NCBI GenBank assembly: GCA_046563655.1
Contig: CM102290.1
Coordinates: 13,454,001-13,518,000, forward strand
Reading direction: 5' to 3'
DNA: 64,000 bases
Source: Yuukianura sp. NJ FZ-2021
Lineage: Eukaryota
The position numbers and the translations under genes are program-made. How positions within the stretch are numbered: the first letter of the stretch is position 1; the number at the start of each line of letters is the position of its first letter. The notes below the pieces were generated by a model. The model saw nothing but the letters and a program-made list of their open reading frames with translations, was not told the origin of the DNA and ran no database searches. Below are positions 28,259 to 41,080 of the stretch, one piece after another.

Positions 28259-31200
28259 TTATGACAACTTGACAGAGGACACGAGAACAGGCGGAATATA
28301 TTGGAACAAAATTCCAACAAAGATTCCAGTAATGAGACATGCAGCTCCAAACATTCCTGCCACCGGAGCATCTCTACTCTCCACAGATCTGTTTTACAAG
28401 AAAAAAAAAAGTTAAAAATTCAGCAAGGTTCGTAAACAACCAAATTGTTTATTCTACACCAGGTTGTCCAATAACTCGAAGTTTTTAATTTTCTCCGATA
28501 ATTTCCAAAACTTGTGTCGCTACACCTTTCTATGGTAATGATTTGTATGTAATTTAATAGGAGTTGAGGGGAAAATTGTTTGGAGATTTTTGCAAATCCT
28601 GAGTTATTGGACAATCTGTTGTAGAAAATACAATCTGTTGGGTTGCCAAGGCACCTTGAAAATTCAGGATTTTGGTTACCTTGGTCCGTAAATCATTGCG
28701 AGGGAGCTGAAGTAGCCACTAGTGAAGCCCATGAGAATTCCACCGGCCCAGAACACCCAATCATTGTCAATGTACACTTCTAGTGTCCGCACTACTGAAT
28801 TAGGATAATAGTTACAGAACAGGAAGAACGGAATAAAAATCACCCGAAGAAATACTGGAATCCACAAGTATTTTGGACCAGGCTGTAAATCAGACAATAC
28901 AACTTAAAAACTGCTTACAAGCACAACACAACTTACTATGTAAAAGTATATTTGTACTTACAAACATTATAACCGAGGGAAGCATACTTCCCAACATTGC
29001 AGTAACATTGAACGTCAAAAAGCACATAATTGGTGAGTAGTAAGTTTCGCTGATGAAAAAGGCGGGATCTGATTTCTTCACATCTAAAATTCAAACAGCA
29101 TTCTTTTAGACTGTTTTAGTACTTTTCGGTAGAACTTCCATTCTTTTGTGATTACCTGAATGAATTGCTGGAAAAATAGCCAGTGTGACAAAGAAAATGA
29201 AGAAGACATTGAGGAGTTGTGGCCAACATTTCTTCACAATGGCCAAGTACGGTGTCCGTGGTACTCTGCCAATCTGCAGGGCCATTTGGCGTCTGTTCTC
29301 CTCGTCCTTGGCACTTTGTGCTTCGTGGTACCGGTAGAATTTCTACAACAACAAAAATCGTTAGTATGTTTTAAAAATTATGAGAAACTCTGTACCAAGG
29401 TTTTTTAAATTCGATTTTCTTTAACAGGTTGGGTAATACCTCATGTTTTTCCGATTTTACAAGAAAAAGTATCTTTTCATTTTGGGCTATCCATGACAAT
29501 ACAGCTATAATGTGTTTTAAATTTAGCGTAGGAATTGGTACCAAATTCTCGGATTCGTACTAAATTGTTACGAATTTTTGTTGTTATTTTTTTCGTTTTT
29601 TTGTCAACAAGCGAGGTAGTACCCAACCTGTTAAAGAAAATTAACTTTTCGTTCTCAAGGAACCTTGGTACGGACTAACAGACTAACTACCCAAAAATTT
29701 GGCTAGTAGTTTGTGTGCTAAATGATGATTGGCTTACAGTGAGCGGAAGAGCAAAGAAAGTGTTAAAACAAAGAAAGAGGATGAAGAGGGCTGTGATGAA
29801 GTAGTAGATTGCTGATGTTCTTTGTGATGGTGCAAAGTACATAGCACCGATACTGATTACTGATGTAAACGTCCCGGAGATATTCTAAAACAAAATTCAA
29901 AAAAGTGTTATCATTTCCACAAAAAATACGCAGGAAGACAGTTTATGTCGTACAGATCCCAAAACGACTGCTCCAGCGTATCCCATTTTCGCTGCAATTC
30001 CATAGATGGAGCTTTGATAAATGCCACCAGCCACTGAAACCAAATCAATCAACATTTATAACTATTAATTTGATCAGTATTTTAAATTCAAGTGTAGAAA
30101 TGTGACGTACTATTGATTAGCACAACGGAAGACAGAGTCAGGTAGTAGAAGAGTGCAGGAACACTGAAGGTGTCGATCATTGCAAGAGCAACCGTACCCA
30201 CGAACAGCACAGCTTCAATTACAATTGACCAAACGATTCGAACTTTCAAGTTTCCCCTAATAGATTATAACAAATATAATTTTTATAATTATAATTTCTA
30301 TAATTTATAATTTCTATAATTTATAATGTCTATAATTTATAATTATAACATACCCCATCTGAACAAAAATGTTGAGCCAGTTGAAGAAAACATTGGGAAC
30401 TTGAGCAGCAAAGCCAATAGTCGGCAAGAAATTTCCGCGATAGTCAGTTTCGTTCCCAATATTGTCTGGGTTGAGTTTATAGTCTTCAAAGTACTGGAAA
30501 CAACAGATTAAAAGTTAAAATCAGTTAGGTAATACCGTAAAACTTCTAATCTGCGCCGGTCTCAAACAAGGGACGTGTCTCCAGTGAACGCCGGGGGTTC
30601 AACTCCAGCAGGCGTTAAAGGTACCGCGCAAAGATAGCCCAATTAAAGAGAAACGCCAGGAGTAACGTCGAGATTTTAAGTACACGCCCAGGCGTTCATT
30701 AGACGTTTTACGGTAACTGGATCAATAAACATTAATCAATCATTAATTATTAAAAATCAATATTTTATACCCCTTTCGCAGTAATAAACATGTTCCAAGG
30801 CATCAAAGTCCCAATTCCGTGTATCACAAGGATCAAATAAACGATCTTGTACCTGCAATTAATCAAACAATACTAGAAATTAATCGAAGAAAACTCGAGT
30901 TTAACCAAAATTAGCGTAGATTCGGTATCGACGTTGGTCACAACCTGTCAACAGGCACCTTAACCAAAGGCCGTAACTTTCTGGGTGCATTGTACTTGGC
31001 AATAATTTCAACATTGTCGTTATTCTCCACTAATTCAATACTTTCGTCTCCTTCAGACTTGGCACAGAGCAGTGGTGACGAAAACGACGTCAGTTTTTTG
31101 GATAACCGCGGGGAGTAGTAGTAAATTGACGCAAAATCTTCCACAGACGCCAATGGAGCTCGACCTGACATTTTCTTGTGGTTTTTAACTTTCAAAAATT

Positions 31201-32630
31201 TAGCCCAAGCAGCAATTACCAAGTTGAACTTTAATAGTTGCTATGAGCCGAATGTCATTGTTTTTAGGCAAGAACACTAAAACTTCTACAGTCACGTGGT
31301 GTATGACGCAGTTAAATCCTGCGTCAAAAACACGACAATGCACGGAAACCTTTCACTTTAACAAATCCTACCCAGACATTGAATTTAGGACAAAGTTAAA
31401 ACCATGGTACCGTTAAAACGTTGTAAATAACAATAAATCTGTATCAACAGGAACGAACTGTTCAAAATCCAAACTGTTGTGAACTAAACTTAAGTTTTGA
31501 AATTGAAAAAAAAACAATGGAAAGTTAATTCAAGAATGAAAAGTAAATCGGAGGCGAATTGAACTGATGAAACCAGGGAAAGTTGTAGGCTAAGATGACA
31601 ATAGACATCAATCGATATCTCAACGGGCGGTGAATGAGTAGAACTCGCAGGGGAACGTCAATGGGTCACGCTGAACTGCTATGCCCATGGCTTTACAGCT
31701 TCTACTAACATAACAACCTACAACCGGCCGGTAATACCCGGGTAAGAGGGAGAAAAGGAACAAAAGAAACCGAATCGGGCATCTATCTTTCACACCGAAT
31801 TCCATAAAAATCTCTCTCACTTCCCCTTCTACAGTGTTGTTCAAAAGTACAAAAGTACCTAGTACAAAAGTAACTCGAAAATTTGTTCATTTTGAAAATT
31901 GTGCGGGGTAATTTGAAACAAATTCAAAGAAAATAATCTGCCCACTAAAAAAATAAACTCCCTGTTTTTGGCGTGAAACTCCCTCCAGAATTTGCTAGTT
32001 TGGAATTTAATTGCCATGGAAACATTTTGAGGTGTTTACTTTTCCGTGAACAACACTGTACTAAAATTTTTCTTTTGTAGTACCCAGAGACTGAACAATA
32101 GACTATCCGTATCCATGGACTTTCTCAAATAATTTACATAACGACCATGAAAAAAACTTGGATATAATGGAATTTTCATGTCCAACGTAGAAAATACCCG
32201 GATTTTTACGAGATTCCTGGGAATTGTTTTTGCGACGTTTGCGTACTTGCCACATGGGTTTTTGCAGCGCATGCGTACCTGTCATGTGGAGCGGGACTGC
32301 TCGAATTGCTACTTTTCAAAATGTCATCAAATGGAGGCGGACTTGTGTCTTCCCAGCCTGGAGTTAGCTTGACCGGCCCATTTATTGACACGACTGAGGC
32401 CGTAGTTGGTGTGCTGGGCAAAAACTGGTCCTTCTCCTCGCCCTTTCCATCGGTACGATATGCATCTGAAATTTCAAATTCAACAAAAAATTTGTAAATA
32501 CGTAATGTTTAAAAAAAAAATTCAAAATTTTTTTCTACAACTCTTGTGTTAAAAAATGGCCTGTCGCTTTTCAAATTGTACCTTCCTTCATTTTATAATC
32601 CAACAGCTCGACGTTGTCTCGTCTACTCAT
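28259..32630 (-). CDS. Equilibrative nucleoside transporter (SLC29/ENT), multi-exon
   Basis: DRYKIVYLILVIHGIGTLMPWNMFITAK, GSNISGTFTS, NVFFIFFVTLAIFP, LRVIFIPFFLFCNYYP, MGFTSGYFSSLAMIYGPR, AGMFGAACLITGIFVG. Confidence 0.95.
28452..28626. mobile_element. MITE family A in an ENT intron
   Basis: TIR TTCTACACCAGGTTGTCCAATAACTC / GAGTTATTGGACAATCTGTTGTAGAA; related copy at 45603-46330. Confidence 0.85.
29395..29668. mobile_element. MITE family B in an ENT intron
   Basis: CCAAGG..CCTTGG ends with TA flanks; subterminal IR TTTCTTTAACAGGTTGGGTA / TACCCAACCTGTTAAAGAAA; second copy at 50737-50999. Confidence 0.85.
30535..30713. mobile_element. TA-flanked MITE with CCGTA ends
   Basis: TA-CCGTAAAACTTCTAAT..ATTAGACGTTTTACGG-TA; relative at 62150-62260. 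Confidence 0.8.
30945..31171 (-). CDS. Alternative first coding exon of the ENT gene
   Basis: ATG-started 227-nt frame ending ..KVPVDR at a phase-2 GT donor, the same phase as the distal exon ending ..PAPHDR; both fit the acceptor at 30852. Confidence 0.7.
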
Positions 32631-35600
32631 GCTGTCGCGGAGTTTTGGCAACAGTTCAAAACCTTAGCGTCGTAATAATTATTTCTCAAAACTAGTGCAA
32701 AACGCGTGTGCACGCTGTGTACAACGTGCTTCGAGAAAGACAAACTGAGACTACGGGAGCCTCAAATCTTTGTTTCGGTTTTAATCTTATACAATGATGC
32801 CCGAGTCGCACAGAATTTTAGCAGCGTCAGCTCCCACTCTAGTGCCGGGTAGCATTGGCTAAACTGAAATGGCAAAGTGCTCGTGGTGTTTTAGTCGTAG
32901 AAGAAACCGCAACTAGCGTCTTATCTCCTCTCATTTATCCACTGGGTTTAGCCTTACTTACTTTTCATTAGAAGTGGCACATTATCTTAAAACGCTGTGT
33001 CAGCCCCAGTTCCCGCAGTCTTTAGAATAAACAAAATGGAATCTACTGCAGGCGTTGCAAATATCAAGTGTCGAATCTATTTGCTTCATTCAGAATATAA
33101 AAATAGAGGTTATCAAAACTGCGACTTGACATCACCAAGACATGTTAAATTTGTACCCTAAAAGTATCCGCGTCGCAAAGTTGACACAGGTCAGCGGGGT
33201 AGCAACCCTAACGCATATGATTTTCGTACCGCGAAAATTTTTTTGGTACAGATTCTTTGGAAGTTGAAATTTTTTTAAAATCGAAAATGAGAAATCCTTA
33301 AAATTGAGTTGACTTACTTGAAGTTCCAGGAAATGTGGAATAATTTTTATGCATTTCTAACTGTTTACATTAGTTAATTAATCAAACAGAACATAAAATT
33401 TTACGGAATTTGGCAACATTTGTCGGTTGCAATTTTCCGCTATTACGAGGATGTCTGGGAATTTAATTTTATAATGCAATTAAGGAATGTAAAAAATTGA
33501 TCGTAAATTTTTATGCTGTCCGAAGTCTAGAATGTTACGGAGTTAAAAATGTAGGCAGTACAGAAACTAATCTGTAAATTGCTGATTCTAGCGTTTGAGC
33601 ATTGCTAAAATCCTTTCATCCTTAGCTGTCCCAGAGGACTTAAAGCGTTGTATCTCAGAATTGTCTACTAACAGAATTATCTGCTGACTTCAACGAGATT
33701 TGAAGGTTAACTGTAGTCCTCTAAAATAAAACGAATCAATCATTTATTTGATAAAGGATTAAGTGTCCACTTAACCTTAAAGCCATTCACACCTCCTACA
33801 GCAAACAATTCTTTCCCACAATCCATCCAGGCATATCTAAGCATGTGTGACTCAAGAAAATGTGCGAGAAAGAGTAAAATCGACATAACGGAGCAGCTAA
33901 ATAATAAACTCGCTGCAAACGCTAATTTGCAAAGAACTTTTCTCTTAAAAACAAGAAAGATGTGACTAGTGTTAACGGAACGCGTGAGACCTATCAAAAA
34001 TAAGACAGAGGCCAAAGGCCAAGTTCATTCAATTTGTGGCGTCCACTATTACATCGCACTATTTACAATTCGTTGTAAGTAGGGGGCCAAAAACACACTG
34101 AAGAAAAGATCACGGTCATACAGAATCTGCACCAGATTAGGAAATTACATTAGTATACACATGTTTCGCAATGCCTTTTTACGAACTCTTGTTTTTGATA
34201 CAGCAGGTTCTTCCACAGATGTGTCATAGCATGAGATAAACACATTTGAAATCATAAAAATTATGAAATAATGTGTCATTCCATGACAAAAACACATATA
34301 ATAATTTCATAATTTTTATAGTTTCATAATGAAATTTATTTAAAAAGAATATGAAATTATGAGCCTGAACAAGTCCATTATAAATATGACTGACAATGTC
34401 CTGAAATGAGTCTCTTCGGCAGTACCATAAATGATAAGCTAAGATTAATTAATTACTTAAGAACTGTTAATCGTTAAGAGTTAAATCGTTAAAGCCTGTA
34501 AGGGAGTTTTAGAGAATGTTTACAGTAAGCTTACTCCAGTGCTGTGAACTGCGATTCGACTGTGGCTGTTGCGGAAAGTAGTACGTGTCGGTTCGTCCCA
34601 TGGTGTAACTCGTGACCTTACTTGGGAACTTACTTAACCTGAACGTGTCACTTAAAGACTAAACGGACTTAACTTTAGTACTTCCGAGTCCCAGGAAGCA
34701 GTTGACTTGGTCCATGGCCTCAGTTTTACCAGCCTAAAAGAAACCAAGAATGAAAACCGCCTTCCCACCCACATGGGAATTTGCCTCATTCAACTCATGT
34801 TTTCCATTCCATGTTGTATATCCGCCGTCCTGTGAATTCTAACTGGATCCTCGGAAGATGTGTCCGTACTCCCGTACTTCTGCTATTACTTGCCGTATAT
34901 ATCCACAAAAACCCACCTCTATCGCTACTTCGGTACACGCTACACAATTAACTACGTAAAATTAAATAACTAGCCAATTAAGTTACCGTCTGTTTAGAAC
35001 GACTTAATTAAAACCATTTTGGAAAGTGCTTACATTTTTAAACTTGTCTGGAATATGATGTGACCATAGACGCCATTTAACATCGTTCAACGTTTATATT
35101 TACAAGAATAACCGAAATTTAATTTAAGTTAATCACGATTAATTAAAAATCAACTACTATAGGGAATACCAACAGAAACGGTTCACGTAGAAATTGAGTC
35201 TGTTTTTTGCGTTGCTATTGCTAATTGGACTATTTCCCACTCTCAGTGGAATCAAATCAGCCAATCACAATTCAAACATTCAAAAAATACCGCTGAACAT
35301 ACCATTTTTTCAATTGGAAATTGTCGTTTCTCGTCGAAAAGACGATAAATTCGACGTAAAATCTTGTTGAATTTTATTTTGCACGATTCATAAAGCCCGT
35401 AATGCAGTGTTTTAAAACATTTTGGAAAACTTTAGGAAGAAATCGACAACATGTCGTATAAATTGTTGAGAATTGAAACATTTTTGAAAACGTGAAACTT
35501 AAAAAAAAACTGGAAATGGAAGTGAGTACTTAGGAAAAGTTGCGTGGGTGAAAGCGTTCATACCCCCAATCTAAACTTTTCGTGGGCGAGGGAAGCCCAA

Positions 35601-36063
35601 GAGGCTTCATGAAAAACCCGGGTAAGATATGTTAAGCTTTTCATACATTTAAGACACGAGGGTCCTGGTGCATATGACGTAAGTCAAAATGTCCAGACAA
35701 TCCTCAGTCTTTTTTTCTACGTATTCAGTAGTAAATACTAATGACGAAGAAGAAGAATTGTAACATGCTGCTGCTGGTTTACCACAAAACATTCATGTTT
35801 CTTATTTAGCAACAGAGTTTTTACAGGGTAAAAAAAGACTGCGGCCAGCGGTTGAGTCAGTCACGCCTTTCCCCAGGAGTCTGGAAATTCGGGAATTTCG
35901 GATGATAAAGCTACCGGCTTCCGGCGGCTATTGATTACGCAAGACACCCGTCTCAGCATGCCATTTCTCAATTCAAGTGCTTTTAGTCATAACTTACCTT
36001 ACACTTACACAAATCTTCGAAGAAACACTGTTTTTGCTTTTTCAATATTTTTTTCAATAACTT

Positions 36064-39000
36064 TAGGAAAATCACTCTTTTTGAATAACATAATTCCAAA
36101 TTCCAAAAAGTTAAAAATTTAGTAGGAAAATCACTCTTTTTAAATAACATAATTCCAAATTCCAAAAAGTTAAAAATTTAGTAGGAAAATCACTCTTGTT
36201 AAATAACATAATTCCAAATTCCAAAAAGTCAAAAATTTAGTAGGAAAATCACTCTTGTTAAATAACATAATTCCAAATTCCAAAAAGTCAAAAATTTAGT
36301 AGGAAAATCACTCTTGTTAAATAACATAATTCCAAATTCCAAAAAGTTAAAAATTTAGTAGGAAAATCACTCTTGTTAAATAACATAATTCCAAATTCCA
36401 AAAAGTTAAAAATTTAGTAGGAAAATCACTCTTGTTAAATAACATAATTATAAATTCCAAAAAGTTAAAAATTTAGTAGGAAAATCACTCTTGTTAAATA
36501 ACATAATTATAAATTCCAAAAAGTTAAAAATTTAGTAGGAAAATCACTCTTGTTAAATAACATAATTATAAATTCCAAAAAGTTAAAAATTTAGTAGGAA
36601 AATCACTCTTGTTAAATAACATAATTATAAATTCCAAAAAGTTAAAAATTTAGTAGGAAAATCACTCTTGTTAAATAACATAATTATAAATTCCAAAAAG
36701 TTAAAAATTTAGTAGGAAAATCACTCTTTTTAAATAACATAATTCCAAATTCCAAAAAGTTAAAAATTTAGTAGGAAAATCACTCTTGTTAAATAACATA
36801 ATTATAAATTCCAAAAAGTTAAAAATTTAGTAGGAAAATCACTCTTGTTAAATAACATAATTATAAATTCCAAAAAGTTAAAAATTTAGTAGGAAAATCA
36901 CTCTTTTTAAATAACATAATTCCAAATTCCAAAAAGTTAAAAATTTAGTAGGAAAATCATTCTTTTTAAATAGCATAATTCCAAATTCCAAAAAGTTAAA
37001 AATTTAGTAGGAAAATCACTCTTGTTAAATAACATAATTATAAATTCCAAAAAGTTAAAAATTTAGTAGGAAAATCACTCTTGTTAAATAACATAATTAT
37101 AAATTCCAAAAAGTTAAAAATTTAGTAGGAAAATCACTCTTGTTAAATAACATAATTATAAATTCCAAAAAGTTAAAAATTTAGTAGGAAAATCACTCTT
37201 GTTAAATAACATAATTATAAATTCCAAAAAGTTAAAAATTTAGTAGGAAAATCATTCTTTTTAAATAGCATAATTATAAATTCCAAAAAGTTAAAAATTT
37301 AGTAGGAAAATCATTCTTTTTAAATAGCATAATTCCAAATTCCAAAAAGTTAAAAATTTAGTAGGAAAATCATTCTTTTTAAATAACATAATTCCAAATT
37401 CCAAAAAGTTAAAAATTTAGTAGGAAAATCACTCTTTTTAAATAACATAATTCCAAATTCCAAAAAGTTAAAAATTTAGTAGGAAAATCACTCTTGTTAA
37501 ATAACATAATTATAAATTCCAAAAAGTTAAAAATTTAGTAGGAAAATCACTCTTGTTAAATAACATAATTATAAATTCCAAAAAGTTAAAAATTTAGTAG
37601 GAAAATCACTCTTTTTAAATAACATAATTCCAAATTCCAAAAAGTTAAAAATTTAGTAGGAAAATCACTCTTTTTAAATAACATAATTCCAAATTCCAAA
37701 AAGTTAAAAATTTAGTAGGAAAATCATTCTTTTTAAATAGCATAATTCCAAATTCCAAAAAGTTAAAAATTTAGTAGGAAAATCACTCTTGTTAAATAAC
37801 ATAATTCCAAATTCCAAGAAATTTAAATTATGTAGGAAAATCACTCTTGTTAAATAACATAATTATAAATTCCAAAAAGTTAAAAGTTTAGTAGGAAAAT
37901 CACTCTTTTTAAATAACATAATTCCAAATTCCAAAAAGTTAAAAGTTTAGTAGGAAAATCATTCTTTTTAAATAACATAATTCCAAATTCCAAAAAGTTA
38001 AAAGTTTAGTAGGAAAATCACTCTTGTTAAATAACATAATTCCAAATTCCAAAAAGTTAAAAATTTAGTAGGAAAATCATTCTTTTTAAATAGCATAATT
38101 CCAAATTCCAAAAAGTTAAAAATTTAGTAGGAAAATCACTCTTGTTAAATAACATAATTCCAAATTCCAAAAAGTTAAAAATTTAGTAGGAAAATCACTC
38201 TTGTTAAATAACATAATTCCAAATTCCAAAAAGTTAAAAATTTAGTAGGAAAATCACTCTTGTTAAATAACATAATTATAAATTCCAAAAAGTTAAAAAT
38301 TTAGTAGGAAAATCACTCTTTTTAAATAACATAATTCCAAATTCTAAAAAGTTAAAAATTTAGTAGGAAAATCATTCTTTTTAAATAGCATAATTCCAAA
38401 TTCCAAAAAGTTAAAAATTTAGTAGGAAAATCACTCTTGTTAAATAACATAATTCCAAATTCCAAAAAGTTAAAAATTTAGTAGGAAAATCACTCTTGTT
38501 AAATAACATAATTCCAAATTCCAAAAAGTTAAAAATTTAGTAGGAAAATCACTCTTGTTAAATAACATAATTATAAATTCCAAAAAGTTAAAAATTTAGT
38601 AGGAAAATCACTCTTTTTAAATAACATAATTCCAAATTCCAAAAAGTTAAAAATTTAGTAGGAAAATCACTCTTTTAAATAACATAATTCCAAATTCCAA
38701 AAAGTTAAAAATTTAGTAGGAAAATCACTCTTGTTAAATAACATAATTATAAATTCCAAAAAGTTAAAAATTTAGTAGGAAAATCACTCTTTTTAAATAA
38801 CATAATTCCAAATTCTAAAAAGTTAAAAATTTAGTAGGAAAATCACTCTTGTTAAATAACATAATTATAAATTCCAAAAAGTTAAAAATTTAGTAGGAAA
38901 ATCACTCTTTTTAAATAACATAATTCCAAATTCCAAAAAGTTAAAAATTTAGTAGGAAAATCACTCTTGTTAAATAACATAATTATAAATTCCAAAAAGT

Positions 39001-40545
39001 TAAAAATTTAGTAGGAAAATCACTCTTTTTAAATAACATAATTCCAAATTCTAAAAAGTTAAAAATTTAGTAGGAAAATCACTCTTTTTAAATAACATAA
39101 TTCCAAATTCCAAAAAGTTAAAAATTTAGTAGGAAAATCATTCTTTTTAAATAGCATAATTCCAAATTCCAAAAAGTCAAAAATTTAGTAGGAAAATCAC
39201 TCTTGTTAAATAACATAATTCCAAATTCCAAAAAGTTAAAAATTTAGTAGGAAAATCACTCTTTTTAAATAACATAATTCCAAATTCCAAAAAGTTAAAA
39301 ATTTAGTAGGAAAATCATTCTTTTTAAATAGCATAATTCCAAATTCCAAAAAGTTAAAAATTTAGTAGGAAAATCACTCTTGTTAAATAACATAATTCCA
39401 AATTCCAAAAAGTTAAAAATTTAGTAGGAAAATCACTCTTGTTAAATAACATAATTATAAATTCCAAAAAGTTAAAAATTTAGTAGGAAAATCACTCTTT
39501 TTAAATAACATAATTCCAAATTCCAAAAAGTTAAAAATTTAGTAGGAAAATCATTCTTTTTAAATAGCATAATTCCAAATTCCAAAAAGTTAAAAATTTA
39601 GTAGGAAAATCACTCTTGTTAAATAACATAATTATAAATTCCAAAAAGTTAAAAATTTAGTAGGAAAATCACTCTTTTTAAATAACATAATTATAAATTC
39701 CAAAAAGTTAAAAATTTAGTAGGAAAATCACTCTTTTTAAATAACATAATTCCAAATTCTAAAAAGTTAAAAATTTAGTAGGAAAATCACTCTTTTTAAA
39801 TAACATAATTCCAAATTCCAAAAAGTTAAAAATTTAGTAGGAAAATCACTCTTTTTAAATAACATAATTCCAAATTCCAAAAAGTTAAAAATTTAGTAGG
39901 AAAATCATTCTTTTTAAATAGCATAATTCCAAATTCCAAAAAGTTAAAAATTTAGTAGGAAAATCACTCTTTTTAAATAGCATAATTCCAAATTCCAAAA
40001 AGTTAAAAATTTAGTAGGAAAATCACTCTTTTTAAATATCATAATTCCAAATTCCAAAAAGTTAAAAATTTAGTAGGAAAATCACTCTTGTTAAATAACA
40101 TAATTATAAATTCCAAAAAGTTAAAAATTTAGTAGGAAAATCACTCTTTTTAAATAACATAATTCCAAATTCCAAAAAGTTAAAAATTTAGTAGGAAAAT
40201 CATTCTTTTTAAATAGCATAATTCCAAATTCCAAAAAGTTAAAAATTTAGTAGGAAAATCACTCTTTTTAAATAGCATAATTCCAAATTCCAAAAAGTTA
40301 AAAATTTAGTAGGAAAATCACTCTTTTTAAATAGCATAATTCCAAATTCCAAAAAGTTAAAAATTTAGTAGGAAAATCACTCTTTTTAAATAGCATAATT
40401 CCAAATTCCAAAAAGTTAAAAATTTAGTAGGAAAATCACTCTTTTTAAATAGCATAATTCCAAATTCCAAAAAGTTAAAAATTTAGTAGGAAAATCACTC
40501 TTTTTAAATGACATAATTCCAAATTTCAAAAAGTTAAAAATTTAG
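36064..40545 (+). repeat. 59-bp AT-rich tandem satellite, about 76 units
   Basis: Unit TAGGAAAATCACTCTTGTTAAATAACATAATTCCAAATTCCAAAAAGTTAAAAATTTAG with a few recurrent variant sites. Confidence 0.99.
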
Positions 40546-40781
40546 GTTAGTTTGTGGTTTTGTGTCATCAAAGATTTTTAGTGTAAACAACTTGATCTAG
40601 AAAGATCCTAACTATTATGCGGTCAGGGAATTTAAAATCAACAAACCATCGGTTGCTATGCATTCGCCGAATCACCAGTGCTCATTAGTATTATAATTGA
40701 TAGATATTGATTTGAGAATAACCGAACGAATTGGTATGGTAACTATGCATTGGCGCAATTACAAATTCTCATTAATTGGTA

Positions 40782-40998
40782 TAGCTATTCCTGAGAATTA
40801 GAAGTTCTTCACCAAGTCCAAATTGTAGCTATTCAAGAGAATTAGAAGTTTTTCACCAAGTCCAAATTGTAGCTATTCAAGAGAATTAGAAGTTTTTCAC
40901 CAAGTCCAATTGTAGCTATTCCTGAGAATTAGAAGTTTTTCACCAAGTCCAAATTGTAGCTATTCAAGAGAATTAGAAGTTTTTCAGTCCAAATTGTA
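40782..40998 (+). repeat. 44-bp minisatellite, about 5 units
   Basis: Unit TAGCTATTCAAGAGAATTAGAAGTTTTTCACCAAGTCCAAATTG. Confidence 0.95.
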
Positions 40999-41080
40999 AT
41001 TGTCGTTTTCTTGTTTTAATAGTATTGTTAATATTGATGCGGAAAGAATAAAATATTATAGCAAATGTTAACTAAAAGTT

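Noticed and set aside
34510..34910. Possible structured ncRNA with a TATA-like motif
   Set aside because: Only a few short pairings (CTTCCGAG/CTCGGAAG) and no family recognised.
36064..40998. CRISPR-like array
   Set aside because: Head-to-tail repeats without unique spacers, no cas genes, eukaryotic context.
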